Shown here one piece after another: positions 1-13,600 of a stretch of 64,000 bases of DNA. The DNA is from Intoshia linei (Eukaryota > Animalia > Orthonectida), in the NCBI GenBank assembly GCA_001642005.1, contig LWCA01000063.1:64-64063 (forward strand), in the 5' to 3' direction. Every line of letters starts with the position of its first letter. The first letter of the stretch is position 1. A model generated the notes under the pieces. It did no database searches. It had not been told where the DNA came from and was given only the letters and a program-made list of their open reading frames with translations. A program made the position numbers and the translations under genes.

Positions 1-58
1 TGAAAAAAAATCCGAAGGAATGAATTATATAGATTTTCACCCATATGTCTTTATTGGN

Positions 59-1112
59 AATTTTAAAAACAATTGTTATCCCATTTTTTTAATTTATTAG
101 ATTATCCAACATGTGTCTATAATATTAAAAATAAAGTAAAAACAGTCCAATCCTAAAAATTGTCATAAATAGCATAAATTCCAGAAAAAATAAAATTAAG
201 AAACCTATTTTGTCATTTTCAATGTGATGACATATATTCAGTATCAATTTAATAAATAAATCCTAAAAATTGTCATAAATAGCATAAATTCCAGAAAAAA
301 TAAAATTATAAACTATTTTGTTATTTTGAGTGTGATGATATATATTCAGAACCAATTTAATAAATACTTACAAATACCAATTGTGTATCAATAATTAATA
401 GAATCTTTAATTTATAAACATTTCAGTCGAATTTTACCATTATTGCAAAGGATTCTAATATATAAAATGATATTAACAAAGTTTTTTTAGTTTCTTATTT
501 AAATTTGAATGTTTTAATAAAAATGTTTTAAAAATGAAAATTTGAAATTTAAAAATTACGTAGCAATGAAAAAAAATCCGAAGGAATGAATTATATAGAT
601 TTTCACCCATATGTCTTTATTGGAAATGTGTAGACGTACATTTTTTTTGAAATTGTAGGATCAATATTTACATTTTCAATTTTAATCGAAATATTTGAAA
701 AATATTGGTTAATAATATATTAAAAATTATTTTTCACCCGGGAATGCGTAGATTTCTCTCATTGAAATTTTGTATTTATATCAACTGGAATAAGCTCTAT
801 CAGAATAATTTTTTTTTTAATTTTCGGACCGTTAATTATTTCACATTTTTTGTTTTAATAAAATATTTCGGAAAAAAAAATATATGAATACTAAAATGCT
901 TTTTTGACCGTGAAGTCGTCACTTATTCGGATTGAAATTTTCTGTGTGTGTTAACAGGATGCAACTGTACAACCTGTAAAATTTTTGAAATTCTAGGGCT
1001 GTTTTCATTAAAAAAAGAAGGGTAATTTGGGGTTTGCTCCTGAAGATATATTTTTTTAAATTTAAATTTATGGTAATGCTTATGATTTTAAAATCCGTAT
1101 CAGCATATATAT
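59..1112 (-). mobile_element. Helitron family A internal portion
   Basis: Collinear with ~60065-60920; contains a ~110-bp internal duplication (~148-362). Confidence 0.8.
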
Positions 1113-2824
1113 TTTGTTACAGTTGATCATTAATTGCAAATATTGTTTGGAGTCATTATCTGTCAATAGATATAATAGAAAAAATTAATAATGATGTTGA
1201 TTTATTAAATTCTAATTATCCATTCGTCTAGATAATCAAGTATTGTTGTTATTAAAATACAGTAATACCTTGATATAAGTAACATCGTGAACATGAAAAT
1301 TTACCTCGAATAAGTAACGCTATAAGTAACAAATATTTTTTAGCAATGACTAATGGATTAAGTCCATTTAAAAACAATTTTCGAGTTAATTAATCATACC
1401 AATATTGATAGCGATGCTCAATTTTGCAAAAAATATCATTTACAAGAGTTTTGACTCAAAACTTTTGAGGTAGGTAAATTTTAAAAAAACAGTGTCGGTG
1501 TTTATCAGAAATTTTATTAATGTGAAACATAAATCACATTTACTATTTACCCAGGCTGTTAAGGGCAGCCCCATTTTTTAACAAAAATTTTGAAAACTAG
1601 TTTTCAATGCTTATCAACAATCTTTAAATGAAAAATATAAATAATGCCATATCGCACATTTTAATATTCCAAAGTACAATATTTAGTGCCATAAATCATA
1701 TTTTTAAAAATTACCAGGGTATTAAGGATTAGTTTAATTCCCTACTAGTATTTTCAATGTTTATCCGTCATATTTTCAATAATTATAAGTAATACCAATT
1801 ATTTTAACGTTAATTAAAGAAACAATAAAACGTCAAACACAATAAACCTCAATAATTATTGAGTACATTTTTACATACATATACCGTATATGATATACGA
1901 TGTAGTCAAACATTTTTTCAAGGTCTTTCGATGAACAAATATATTTCTAAAAAGTGGGCGATAAATAAAATGAGTTTGGACCTGTTTTATATGACTATAC
2001 TAACGAAAAATAAGAAAAAATGAGTTGTTTGGAAATGAAAACAGTTCAGTGTACTCTTTAGTAATGGATCCAACGTGAACCACGTGGTTCCAAAAGGAAC
2101 ACAAAAATAGGTATGAATGTAGGTCATCACCATCACCTGAAAAAGTTTTTCCACGGTTATAGCATGTTGTTGTAAATGATAATCTTTATCATATATAATG
2201 GAAAAAACCACATCTTTTTTTAAAAATAATGTGCATTATATTGAAACCCACTCCAAATAACTAGGGCGTAGTTCTCATTTTCGGGTGATAATTCGTAATT
2301 GATAATCAGTAAGGATTTTTTTACAAAAATAAAACATTTTTAATTTTTGCAAAAATCGGACTAATAATGGATTGCAAGAAAGTTGTTTAAAATACAATTA
2401 TAAAATTATATACCTCCTGTAGCACAATATGACCTAAAATTATACTATATTATATTTGATTAGTCACATTTTACCAAAAACGACTGGTAGTAAACACAAA
2501 ATAAAAATATAATTTTTCATGTTTCAAATACAAATTCAATTCAGTATTGCCAAAAATCTACCAGTAACTTAACCAACTTTAGTTTTATCTTGGTGATTCA
2601 ATAAATAAATCTATTATAGTAAAAATTGTTTGAAAATAGATGAATGATGGATATATTTATATTCATTCATGCATTCGTTTAGTGAATAAGGCGTGTAATC
2701 GTGTAGTCAATTATATACACCGTCATTACAATAATAATTGGACACATTTCAAATTTTATACAAATATTATTTTTGGTAACTGATATGCACTTACTTTATT
2801 TAATCTTATAAACGTTCATTTTAG

Positions 2825-3226
2825 GAATGGATAAACTAGACTGTACGCTGGTTATTAATTTTTCCATACCTAGAGGAGCTGACATAAAACCATCTCCAGA
2901 AGAATATCTTCGCAGAATCGAAAGAACAGGTAGGTTCGGCAAAAAGGGGATAGCTTTAAATCTAATCGATTCCGAATATGAACTCGAATCTCTCATGACT
3001 ATACAAAAATATTATGGTAATCATTTAAATATATTATTTATTAATCATATTAAAGATACCGTTATTGAAGAATTACCTCACATAAAAGATATAGAAAAGT
3101 ATGATAATATTTATATAACTTAGCATCGCAGGAAGATACAATAAAAGATCCACTCATATCAGCCCCAAATTACTTGAAATGAGAACGATTCTAAAGTGTA
3201 ACTCTAAGTTCTTAAATAAATATTAA
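2825..3226 (+). CDS. 3'-terminal exons of a DEAD-box RNA helicase, DDX19/DDX25/Dbp5-like; upstream exons not found in the window
   Basis: After acceptor ttag: GMD..LVINFSIP..PSPEEYLRRIERTGRFGKKGIALNLID parallels the Dbp5/DDX19 C-terminus (GID..VINFDLP..PD.ETYLHRIGRTGRFGK.G.A.N). Probable micro-introns 3017-3055 (39 nt) and 3099-3123 (25 nt). The stop is at 3123 if the latter is retained. Confidence 0.8.
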
Positions 3227-3550
3227 TTTAAATTTAATCTCAATAGAATTCAGTTATTCATTATTAAAATTACAAGAGAAAGTTAAAAATTTTCTATTAT
3301 TAAAATTAATAAATTATTTTCAAAAATGAAGGCGATAAATTTAAAAATGATAAAATAAATAAAAATTTTTCGTATAAATTTTATAATAAAACTTAAAATT
3401 TAAAAGTACATTTATTTGTCAATTCATCAAAATATAAAATTTTGTGTTTGTCTGAAAAACAATAAATGTTTGATCTGTTTGAAGTCGTCAATGGATATGA
3501 ACACTATTTGATAAAATTACTGGTTTTGTGACATGACTACGTGCATGTAT

Positions 3551-3558
3551 TTTGGCGC
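3551..3558 (+). promoter_or_regulatory. Candidate E2F site TTTGGCGC upstream of HMMR
   Basis: Exact E2F consensus about 50 nt upstream of the ATG at 3605 in GC-poor DNA. The same octamer also occurs in a MITE near 4416. Confidence 0.35.
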
Positions 3559-3604
3559 AATTTAATTAGTAAATAATTGATTAAATATATATAAAAATTC
3601 AGTA

Positions 3605-6600
3605 ATGTTTACAAGAGAAGACCGTTTCAAGAAAGGAAAAGGTAGTTTAAATTTTGAAATCATTGATTCAGTGGTATCTAGATTTACATGTGCCGTCTCC
3701 AGGAGCTTATAATCCTAAAAACATTGACCCTCATGTACCTAGTGTCAATTACTTACCAAATAAACGTATTTCAAATTTTTTAAATTATAATATTATTTTA
3801 TAATTTAATTTTTAGTGGCAAATGGAATGAACGAAAAAGATTTGCCACGTAAAAATTTTCTCAGTGTTCGTAACCTTAAAAAAGAAACCAAATATTTTAA
3901 AAAGCGAAGCAAATCAACTTGTTTTAAAGATGCAACAAATATACCGATCAATAATATACATAATAAGTTGTATATAAATAAATCTGAACAGAATGATAAT
4001 TTGTAATTTTTTATCATTTTTAGAATATTTATTGTTAAATAATAAATTTTTACAGATTACTAAAAGTGGAAATTACGTCATTTAAAAAACAATTATTTCA
4101 AAGCAAAATTTTAATTTGTGAATTGAATAAAAAACTTAATCATCAAAATACATTGTTAACAAATATTGAAAGGTAAATTTAAAGATAAATACGGCAGTCT
4201 CTCTAATCGCAATATTGCAATTCATAATTTTGGTAACTATAGGAATGGTATATAAGATTTTTTTATGTGGCACCCTTTCGAATCAATAAATAAAATAATC
4301 TTTTTCCATAAAATTATGTCAATGTAAACGATTTACGAATGGAAGAGATAATACTCTATTGCAGTGTTTCTCAACATTTTTTCCATTTAGGCACACTAGG
4401 AAGCAATTAAAAAAATTTGGCGCACAATCAAATATCTAAATAGAAAATATTGTTTATGTTTGTTTGTCTACTCAAAATATTTACTATAATATAAGATTTT
4501 GAAAGGGTAAGCTGCAAATTTAAGAAAAAAATTTTTCAAGAAACAAAATAAATTTGATGTAACTGTACCCTTATGAAATTTTATAGCTCGTTTCCAATTG
4601 TTCGTTGGAACCCATAAACTTTTATAAGGCGCACCGGTTAAGAACACTGTTGTATTGTAATATTGATTTATACTGAAATTTTTAAGAAATAAACAAAATG
4701 AAATTAAAATATTACAAGAAAAATTATTTAATGATCGGAATTATTATGCCGAATTATTAGACAACATAAAAAGTGAAAACTCGAAAAATCAAAATGAAAT
4801 TGAAATATTAGAAGAAAAATTATTAGATGATCGGAATTATTATTCCGAATTATTAGAAAAAACAAAAAGTACAAAAATACAAAATCAAATTGTAAATATC
4901 GAAATGATTGATAAAATTAAAAGTACCATTAAAGAATTTAAAAACGACTTCAATTACGTTTATTCAAATATTGAGTCACTACACAATATTTTAAAAAAAT
5001 TTACCATAATAATAAATGAAAGTTTAAATGTTTATAATGATTATTCCAAGCAAATTGAAAATATTCACGGTATAAGTGATTGAAAATAAAAAATTCAATT
5101 TATTTTTAGAAAATGTTGACACCAAAAATGCAAATATTGATAAGTTGATTGGAAATGTTGTAAAGCTAACCGGAATCAATGCAGATCAATGTAAAAAAAT
5201 TGAAAATTTATCTTATGAAAATTGTACTTTCCAAGATTTTAAAGATTTATACAATATATTAAAAAACGAATATATGAATTATCAATTAACTACCAACAAT
5301 CAAATTAAAAGTTTACTCGAAGAAAAAGGTTTTTTTAGTTTTATTCATTATTTTTTATTTTTAGAAAATTTACTTTCCGAGACTAATTTACCTAAAATTA
5401 ATGAAATAAAGTCAACTGTCAATATATTATCCGATAAATTGACAATGTTGACGACTCAAATGGATTTAAAAAACCAGAATTTATTAAAAAAGGAAATTGA
5501 GATCAATGATCTAAAAAACTCTTATTCTGATTTGGATGATTTTAAGAATCTAGAAATCAGTAAGATTTTAATATTAATTTTATGACATTACAAAATTGAT
5601 GTATATGATTTTAACATTAACTAATGCTAAAATTACTTTTTTTGTTGAAAAAACAAGATACAACTGTACAATCTGTAAATTTTTTGAAATTATAGGTCTG
5701 TTTTCATTAAAAAAAGAGAAGTAATTTGTGGTTTTGGTCCTGAAGATATAATTTTTTTAAATTTAAATTTATGATAATGTTTAAGATGTTAAAATCCGAA
5801 TCAGCGTATATATTTTTTTAAATTATCCAACTCGTTTGATTTTTAAAAAGAGGGACAATTGGGGTTTTTGACCCGTAAGATGTGAGTTTGGGAGGTTGAA
5901 ATTTATTTATTATATGCCCCGAAAAAAACTGTAATTGAAACGTGGTCTTTAAAAAATTCTAAGAGTGGTAGTTATTTCAATAAAGTTTTTGACCCGTAAG
6001 ATGTGAAATTGGGAGGTTGAAATTTATCTTATTATACGGTTTTTGACCCTTAAGATGTGAAATTGGGAGGTTGAAATTTATCTTATTATACGTGGAAAAA
6101 CTGTAATTGAAATGTGGAATGTATAAAGTTCTAAGTTTGGTAGTTATTTCAATAAAGTGGAACACACACAAACAAAAATCGCGTAACTTATTATATAAGT
6201 TAGGATTTTAAAGTTATTATTTGAATTCCGCTTAATTTATTTTGAGAAATGAGAATTTTTAATAACGGCATATTATTTATCACATATCAAAGCATACTCT
6301 TTGCTCATGGGCTTTTTTTTGAACAGCCCTAATAATCATATGTTTTGTTCATTTTTATATTAGTCATTTAGAAAATATACAGGCAGAATATACTGCTAAA
6401 ATTTCAGAAATGGCTAGTGAAATTAAAGTAGCTCATGTCAACCTTAATGATAATCGAAGAAAATGGGTAAATATTAAAATTAATAGTAAATCAAAAGCAT
6501 GGAGCTATAAATAGAGTATTATTAGGCAGCCAATTGCACCTTTTATTAAATTTTTAGATTTATTTCAACTTTTAAAAAAAATTAAAAATAATGGACCTCC

Positions 6601-9600
6601 CTGATCAATGTTTTTATAATCATGTGGAATGGGCTATCATTTTTCCAAATTGAACATTTAAAAAAATTATATTTTTAAATATAAAATATTTTTTTATCAA
6701 ATTTAAGTTGTCAAGTCTAGACTCTAGACCAGGGGTGCACAACCTACGGCCGTGGGCATGTGATCATAATATAATATATCAATTTACTTCAAATTTAAAA
6801 GTTTTCCAGTTTCTCAAATTGGATTAAAATTTTGAAACTTCGATCTTTTTGATCCGCTTTAAGTTTTTTATACGATACAAAATTTACATTATTATTTATG
6901 TGTGTAATTAAATCATGTTAAAATGGCTTAATTTAAATTTTGGGTTTGATTTATTTTACAATGAAATATAAAATTTTACGTCAAATTGAAAAAGTTTAAA
7001 ATTAGATTTTATTTAAGAAAATTTTAAATATTTTTATCAAAAAGTTACATTTTAAACTTTGATTACTTTCTCAAAATGGATTTAAATTATCTAAATTTCA
7101 AAGTACACAATGGCGGTCGTAGTAGCAATGAGTAAAGTAGCTTTGCGGCTGAATTGGTGGAAAGGTTGTACACCCCTGCTCTAGACCCCTTGAGGTGGTT
7201 TTGGATATTTGACATGAATCGTTTGTGAAATTTTTTTTAAGCTATTTTTTATTTTCAAGTATTTTTATTTTATTAGTCTCTAGCTTGATATATTCGGATC
7301 TGTATTAACGTATAATGTATAATGAATTCTAAGCCTTCGTTTATATGCGTTATTTTGAAACTGCATGACTACTTGATTTTTTTTTAAAAACAACATACTT
7401 TATGACACTTCTATTTTTTTTAAACGTTTTATTAGTTTATCGTAAATTATTAAATTAAATGTTTAAATAGTATGGTATACAAATTTAGGAAATGGAAAAA
7501 AATAGATTATTGAAAATGGAACAGTCAGATCAGAAAAAAAAAGCAATGTTATCAAATAAAATTAACATGATGAATATTAAAATTAAATCTCTTAAAGAAG
7601 AGGAAAAAGAACTACAAAACGAGAAATTACTTTATGCTCAAAGCGTTAATAGTAAAGACAATGAAATAGATTTGTAAAATTTTTTATTATGGCAATACTG
7701 ATATTTAATATATTAATATACATTACATGTAATAGTATTATTATATTTATTATTAAATTGGTAGCATTGATTTTTTATCCTTTACACATTAGTAGGTTTG
7801 ATAAAATATATTTACATTTATTTTATTATCCTGGGTGGATTATATAGTATTAGTCGGAATAAGATTTATTATTTAAATACAGTATTTATAAAAATTTGAT
7901 AAAAAACGTAATAAATTAACTTCTAATTAGTACAAAAATGAGTTGATACTCTCTTAAAAATAGATTCTAGACTCTAGTGTTTAGATCTTTAGAGATAAAA
8001 TTATTATTAACGGAATTTTAAATTATTTATTTTTTGTTAACGAATTTGCAGGAACCAAAAATTCCGTTAATAATAATTAGATCTCTAAAAAACTTATTGG
8101 CGTTAATTAGAAATAATTACTATTATCACGAAAGTATCATGTTTAACTTTATTTTATATCTGTAAATAATTAAAAATTTATAAAATTTTTCATGGACCCT
8201 AAAAAACTGATGTGAACCCGTTGATGATGTTTTGTATATATTACTACGTCATGTATTATTCAAAAACTCATAATAACAATAAATATGACCATTTAATCGT
8301 TTTTATTTAAAAAAATTAAATTCCGTTAATAAGGACTTATTGTATTTATTTTATTAGGTGGAAACAACGATTCAATGAACTTGATGCTAAAATACTTCCA
8401 TTTTCAGTAAGTTATTATTTTTTGAATTTAAAAATTATTTCTATTGTTTTACTATATAAAAATATGCTGTGTAGTGGTCCTTAATTAATGAAAATTTTTA
8501 AGGTTGTTTTGATTTTGCTAGTTTTCCATTATTTGATTTTAAATGCGTCACTGAGAGCATAAGAATATTCTTCAAGAAATATAATAAACTATTAATTAAT
8601 TAAGTGAATACAGATTATTCAAATGCCGGTAAATAACTATTATGGTTTTCTTGTTAAATTAAGATTAACCAATATAAGTTGAACTGATTTTCCAGTAGAT
8701 TTGGAAAGTGTTTAGGTTATTTATTGACTACTACGGATATTACTGAAATAAAATCTATCTTACATATTAATTACATAATTTTTATTTAAAATTTTATTTT
8801 CAATTATCCCACAATTTAAATGATATTTTATGAAAATTTTCAATGCGCTATAGGTTGACCACACTGATATAGCATATACATTCTCAACTTTTTCATTAAC
8901 ACAAATATGTTGCATATATTTCTATCTGGACCACTTTGCGACTGCTACATAACAGTTAATCTAGTAAATTATATATTTACTCATGTTAATATATTTTTTT
9001 CATTATTTAATACTATTTGTAGGAAATTTTATCTAATTACGACACTGAACGAAAACTTTTAATTAAAAACAATAAATTAACTGAAACGGAATTGCTTAAC
9101 AGTGCTTTCGATTGTGGGTCAAAATTAGGGCATTGCAATTTCAAGCAGAAAATTAAATATGTTGCAAATTTAAAACTCAGTGAAGCACAGCTCAAATTGG
9201 TACATTTAATTTACAAAATAATAATGAGAAATTCAAAAATATGCAAAATTTATGAATTATATACATTTATTAGATATGGTGACCTTTTAATCATTTCTTT
9301 CTTTAAAGTTTTTTTGTCAATTTAAAAAAATCAATTGAATATCATTTAATTTTGATATAAATTATAAATTTTTGGACATTTTCAAGAGAAAATTTTTACT
9401 GCTTTTTCAAAATTATCTTGTTTACATGTCAGTGGTTCCCGATTCAAATAGACCCACATTTCAAAATATATTTTTTTTGACTCAAAGGAAACATGAAATA
9501 TATAACATTTAAAAAAAAATGAAAGTTTTTTTCTTGTAAGATTTGGTCAAATCGGATTTTTCCCTTAAGTTAGGTTGGTAACATTGGATTTTTTATTTTT

Positions 9601-10487
9601 GATTAAGAAGTTGTTCCTCATAAGATTTGGTCAAATCGGATATTTCCCTTAAGTTAGGTTGGTAAATTGATTTTATTATTTTTTGTTTTGAATTAAGAAG
9701 TTGTTGCTCATAAGATTTGGTAATACAGTGAAACCTCTTTATAAACAAATTATTATGCTTTTAAAAATATATCAATCCTATATAATTTGTTTATTACTTT
9801 TTCACATGTCAACAGTTTACGTTGTATGGAATTTTTATGACATTTATCACGCTTTTTTGATACTCCAAAAAACAAATTAGTCTTTAAATTTTCAAAATCG
9901 TTTGTTTTATAAAGAGGTTTCACTGTATCGGATTTTTCAGTAAAAGTCGATTTTTCCCTGAGGGTTTTAAATGGTATTTTTTATTAATGGTGGGATTAAT
10001 AGTGGAATTTTTTAAATAATAATGTATCGGTATTCTAGGTTTAGGGTAAATTCACAACATTTGACAACTCTGTAATAAATATTAAAAATTCTAAAATTAA
10101 ACACAAGTTGATAAAAATTTTTGTACCTCATTCGGAAATCACTGATTTAGATAGTGCTTTGCTTAATGAATGGCATATATTTTTTTAACTATTTGTTCGT
10201 CTGTATGGTTTATAATAGTGAAAATGTAATTTTTTAAGTTATAATATGATTAATTAATATCAACGATGACTCATTGTAATTATATTTACATATTAACTAA
10301 TTAGAAACGTTATTATTTAAAACTAAATTTTATAATATATTTGTGATAGGAAAATATGAAATTAAAAACAAAATTTGACGAATCCCGACGAAAAATAATT
10401 GCACTAGAATCACAAGTTCGAATAATCTCTGGCAAGAATAAATTTGATCCTAAAAACGCATTTAAATGCAACAACACCGAAGTGTAA
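3605..10487 (+). CDS. HMMR: HMMR/RHAMM-like spindle coiled-coil protein, about 12 exons
   Basis: Spliced N-terminus MFTREDRFKKGK|DLHVPSPGAYNPK (introns 3642-3681, 3766-3815) contains the HMMR PSPGAY motif. Exon ~9023-9199 has LGHCNFKQKIKYVANLK (cf. LGHQNLKQKIKHVVKLK). Last exon 10350-10487 has FDPKNAF (cf. FDPSKAF). Coiled-coil exons lie in between. Confidence 0.88.
4362..4649. mobile_element. hAT MITE
   Basis: TIRs CAGTGTTTCTCAAC / GTTAAGAACACTG; TSD CTCTATTG/TTGTATTG (6/8). Confidence 0.75.
4692..4890 (+). repeat. 96-bp (32-codon) tandem duplication inside an HMMR exon
   Basis: AAAATGAAAT..ATGATCGGAATTATTAT.CCGAATTATTAGA recurs at 4695 and 4791. Confidence 0.9.
5655..6205 (-). mobile_element. 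Helitron family A 5' portion in an HMMR intron
   Basis: Collinear with ~60760-61140; A|TC terminus at 6205; ~52-bp internal tandem duplication (~5986-6092). Confidence 0.8.
6730..7178. mobile_element. hAT MITE
   Basis: TIRs CAGGGGTGCACAACCT / AGGTTGTACACCCCTG; perfect TSD CTCTAGAC. Confidence 0.92.
9726..9925. mobile_element. Tc1/mariner-pogo-type MITE nested in a larger CAGTGG-ended element (~9430-10144)
   Basis: TA flanks; ~20-bp TIRs CAGTGAAACCTCTTTATAAA / TTTATAAAGAGGTTTCACTG. Confidence 0.88.
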
Positions 10488-10686
10488 TTGTATATATGTA
10501 TTGATTAATTTAATAAATATGAAACTTGAATCAATATTATTTATATAATTTATGTTCCAATTTCTAATTTTATTACCTGTGTGATTCCATTTCTAAACAA
10601 AAATTTAATATAACTAAATTTCCCTGTTACTTCCTGTTGTAGCAACTAGTCACAAGCAGTTTTATTAAAATTAATATTTTTTAAAC

Positions 10687-13600
10687 ATGAACAGAAGGAA
10701 GGTTCATTTTGTTACTAACGAGAGTAAGCCATACGTTAAACGTAGAAGTTTGACTCCAGAACCGTGTAGCCGTTCAAATAAAAGTGTTTTGTTTGACAAG
10801 TACGATACAAATTATTTTACTACGAAAAGCAGTAGTATACCGCAACTGAATAAGTATAATTATGATTATCGTAATGGCAGACAATATCGAAATGATTTTT
10901 CTCATCAATCCACCAGCGATGGTAAATACAATCGAAATAGAAACCGCTTTAATGATAATTTTTACAATTCTTATAATCATGATTATCATAAATATAATCA
11001 ATTACCCAACCAAAATATTTATCAAGACAGAAGCCAGTCCAACTTTAAAGATACATGTAATTAAAATGAAAATGAAAATATTACAACACAGTTTATTTTA
11101 AAAAAATTTTAGATCAAAATTACGACTCTCACCAAAGATATAATTATCAAAATGCAAATTTGGTTTTTTACCATTTTTTAGTGTTATTTTTACTTTTAGA
11201 AGTACGGACAGAATTCCGTTAAATATGAAATTGATAAATTGAAAAAAGATGTAATTTTTATTTAATTTTATAATAAGATTAGATTAATGAAAAAGAATAC
11301 ATTTTAAATTCACGCAATGAAAGGTTTGTGGAAATGGAACAAAACTATGAAAAAATATTAAGTGAAAATGACAGTCTAAAAAATCAACTTTGTCATTCTA
11401 TGGATTCTGCAGCTAATAATATTAATGAAAGAGTTAAGTGTAAAGATTTATTGATTCAAAAACTTGAACAGGAAAAACAAAATATCTATACTGATAATAT
11501 TGAAATGAGAGATAGATTGAGGTACTTTTTAATTATCTAGATTGAAATTTTACATTAATGTTTAATGTAATAAAACTGATGTACTGAGTCCATTGTATTA
11601 AAAATCACTGAGCTTGGTGTTAAATCTGAAAAATTTCTATAAAAACCTGAATGTTGGATTATTATGGTCTATTAGTTAGACAAGATTTTTGACCTCTACA
11701 TTAAACCAATATAATTTTTCAATATTGTTGTATAATAATTTTACAGTCTGTTTAATTTAATTTTTTTAAATTTAAATTTAAAGTGTGTGAATATAATGTG
11801 TATTGTAATTGTTGTAACTGAAAGGGCATAAGTTATATAATTTTTATTTATTTTTAGTAAACTCGAAATGGAAAAGAATAGTTTTTACAATAGTAGATTG
11901 GCAAATGAAGAATCACTTAATATGTTTCAGCAGAAATTGATTGATATTCTCAAATCCTCATCTGTTGATTTTGACCGTCAATTGGAGGATAATAATTTAT
12001 GCAAAGATGATATTTTGGAGAGAGTAAATATTGCTTTATATCCGATATATTATTTATGGTTCTCGGACTCTTGATAGCGCCTTGACAGAGTGGTAGTTGC
12101 CATCCTCAAGCTCCGAAAATAAATCAATTTTAATTAAATTAATGGGTCATAATTAGGGCAATTTTTTATTGACCTATAAAATAACAAAAAAACTGACCTA
12201 AAAATTAAATTTACTGACTTTATCTGACCTTAAAATTTATGTTTGTTTCTATGGTTAACACCAACTGAATCTACGATACCCTAAACCTTCCTTTTGTAGG
12301 CCTTAAATTAAATCAATACAATATTTACTACATCTTAATTTTAATATTCGCATAGGCCCAATCATGATGGTGTTGGTCACTTTACATAATAAATTAATAT
12401 GAATAAAACTTAAAATAAGGAATATTTATGCGTGTAATAATAAATATGAATAACAAGGAACTGCAAATGAAAGAACCGATGTAAATCTCATTGTGTGATG
12501 TTGAAAATTATAAATGTTTATTGTTGTACATAATATAATGTTTAACATAATATACTTAATATATAAGTTAGGATATAATGTTTGTATAAACTAATAACTA
12601 TTTAAATAGGTACGTGAAGCAATTATGAATTCTAACAATTTACGTGGCAGACTAGATCGATATGAATCTGAAAAATCAATTTTAAAGGCCACTATTTCTA
12701 AACTAATGGACGAATCTAGCCAGGAAAAAGTGCATATATCTTTTGCTAATGGTGAAATTGCCAAATGGGAAAATGTAAATTAATATAAACTTAACTGTGA
12801 AGTTTAAACATTATTTTAGAAAAGCAAAATCCTTGATGATGATAACCATCTATTATATTCAGAAATTGAAGATTTAAAAACTAGATTATGTTCGGTCACT
12901 AGTGCTTGGACAGAAACACGTGATAGATTGGAAAGTAGAGAATCCTCTTGGTTGAATGAACGAGATAAAATAATTGAACACAAAGCTAGACTAGAAAATG
13001 AAATTACACAATTTCAGGGTTTATACTCCAAGCTAAAGACATTAATATGTGAAAACTTGAGAATTAATGGAAATGTAAAAACAAATACTTTTGGATTAGA
13101 TGAGGATAAATTTTTGTTTAAAGTTTCAAGTGAAATTGGAATATTACATGATAGAATATCTAAAAATATGGACTTTGAAAATAGGACGATAGATTTAACC
13201 AAAAAATTAGAAATGGAATACAATGGTCATCGAGACATGGAAAAGAATATTTCATTATTAGAAGGTGATAAAATGGAGTTAAAATCGGAAATTTCCAGAT
13301 TACACCAACAACTTGAAGTGGCGGATTCAATTCGAAAAGTTCACTCTGACGAAAAAGGAGAGGTATTGAGATATTAGTAGTTTTTAATTTTTGTTTAGAT
13401 TCATGAATTTTTAAACATGATATTTTTGAAATTTTTTCAAAAAGATTGTCTGGTAAATGATTTTGGAAATATAATAAATAAAATAAAAATATTGGAACAA
13501 GAAATGAAAATAATGTCAGATATTAAACACGATGAAACTAGTTCAAAACGTCAACAACTTTCACTGCTGCAACAGAAAAATTGTCTGCAGCGTGATACTA

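Noticed and set aside
1-58. Apparent direct repeat of 1-57 at ~567-623
   Set aside because: The junction coincides with an N at position 58 inside a multicopy repeat, so it is most likely a scaffold gap artefact.
705-887. Similar ORFs at 705-887 and 60409-60711 (also 5977-6171, 48855-49100) suggesting a small gene family
   Set aside because: All lie within Helitron family A copies, frames are not conserved between copies, and no protein motif is present.
1987-2211. Possible Tc1 transposase remnant (VLFSNGS resembling VLFSDES on the + strand)
   Set aside because: Similarity is too short and stop-ridden to support by eye.
5870-6092. Repeated GACCCGTAAGATGTGA units, and ~83-bp repeats at ~9535-9720, as a CRISPR-like array
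   Set aside because: Eukaryotic context, no unique spacers and no cas genes; these are local duplications within transposons.
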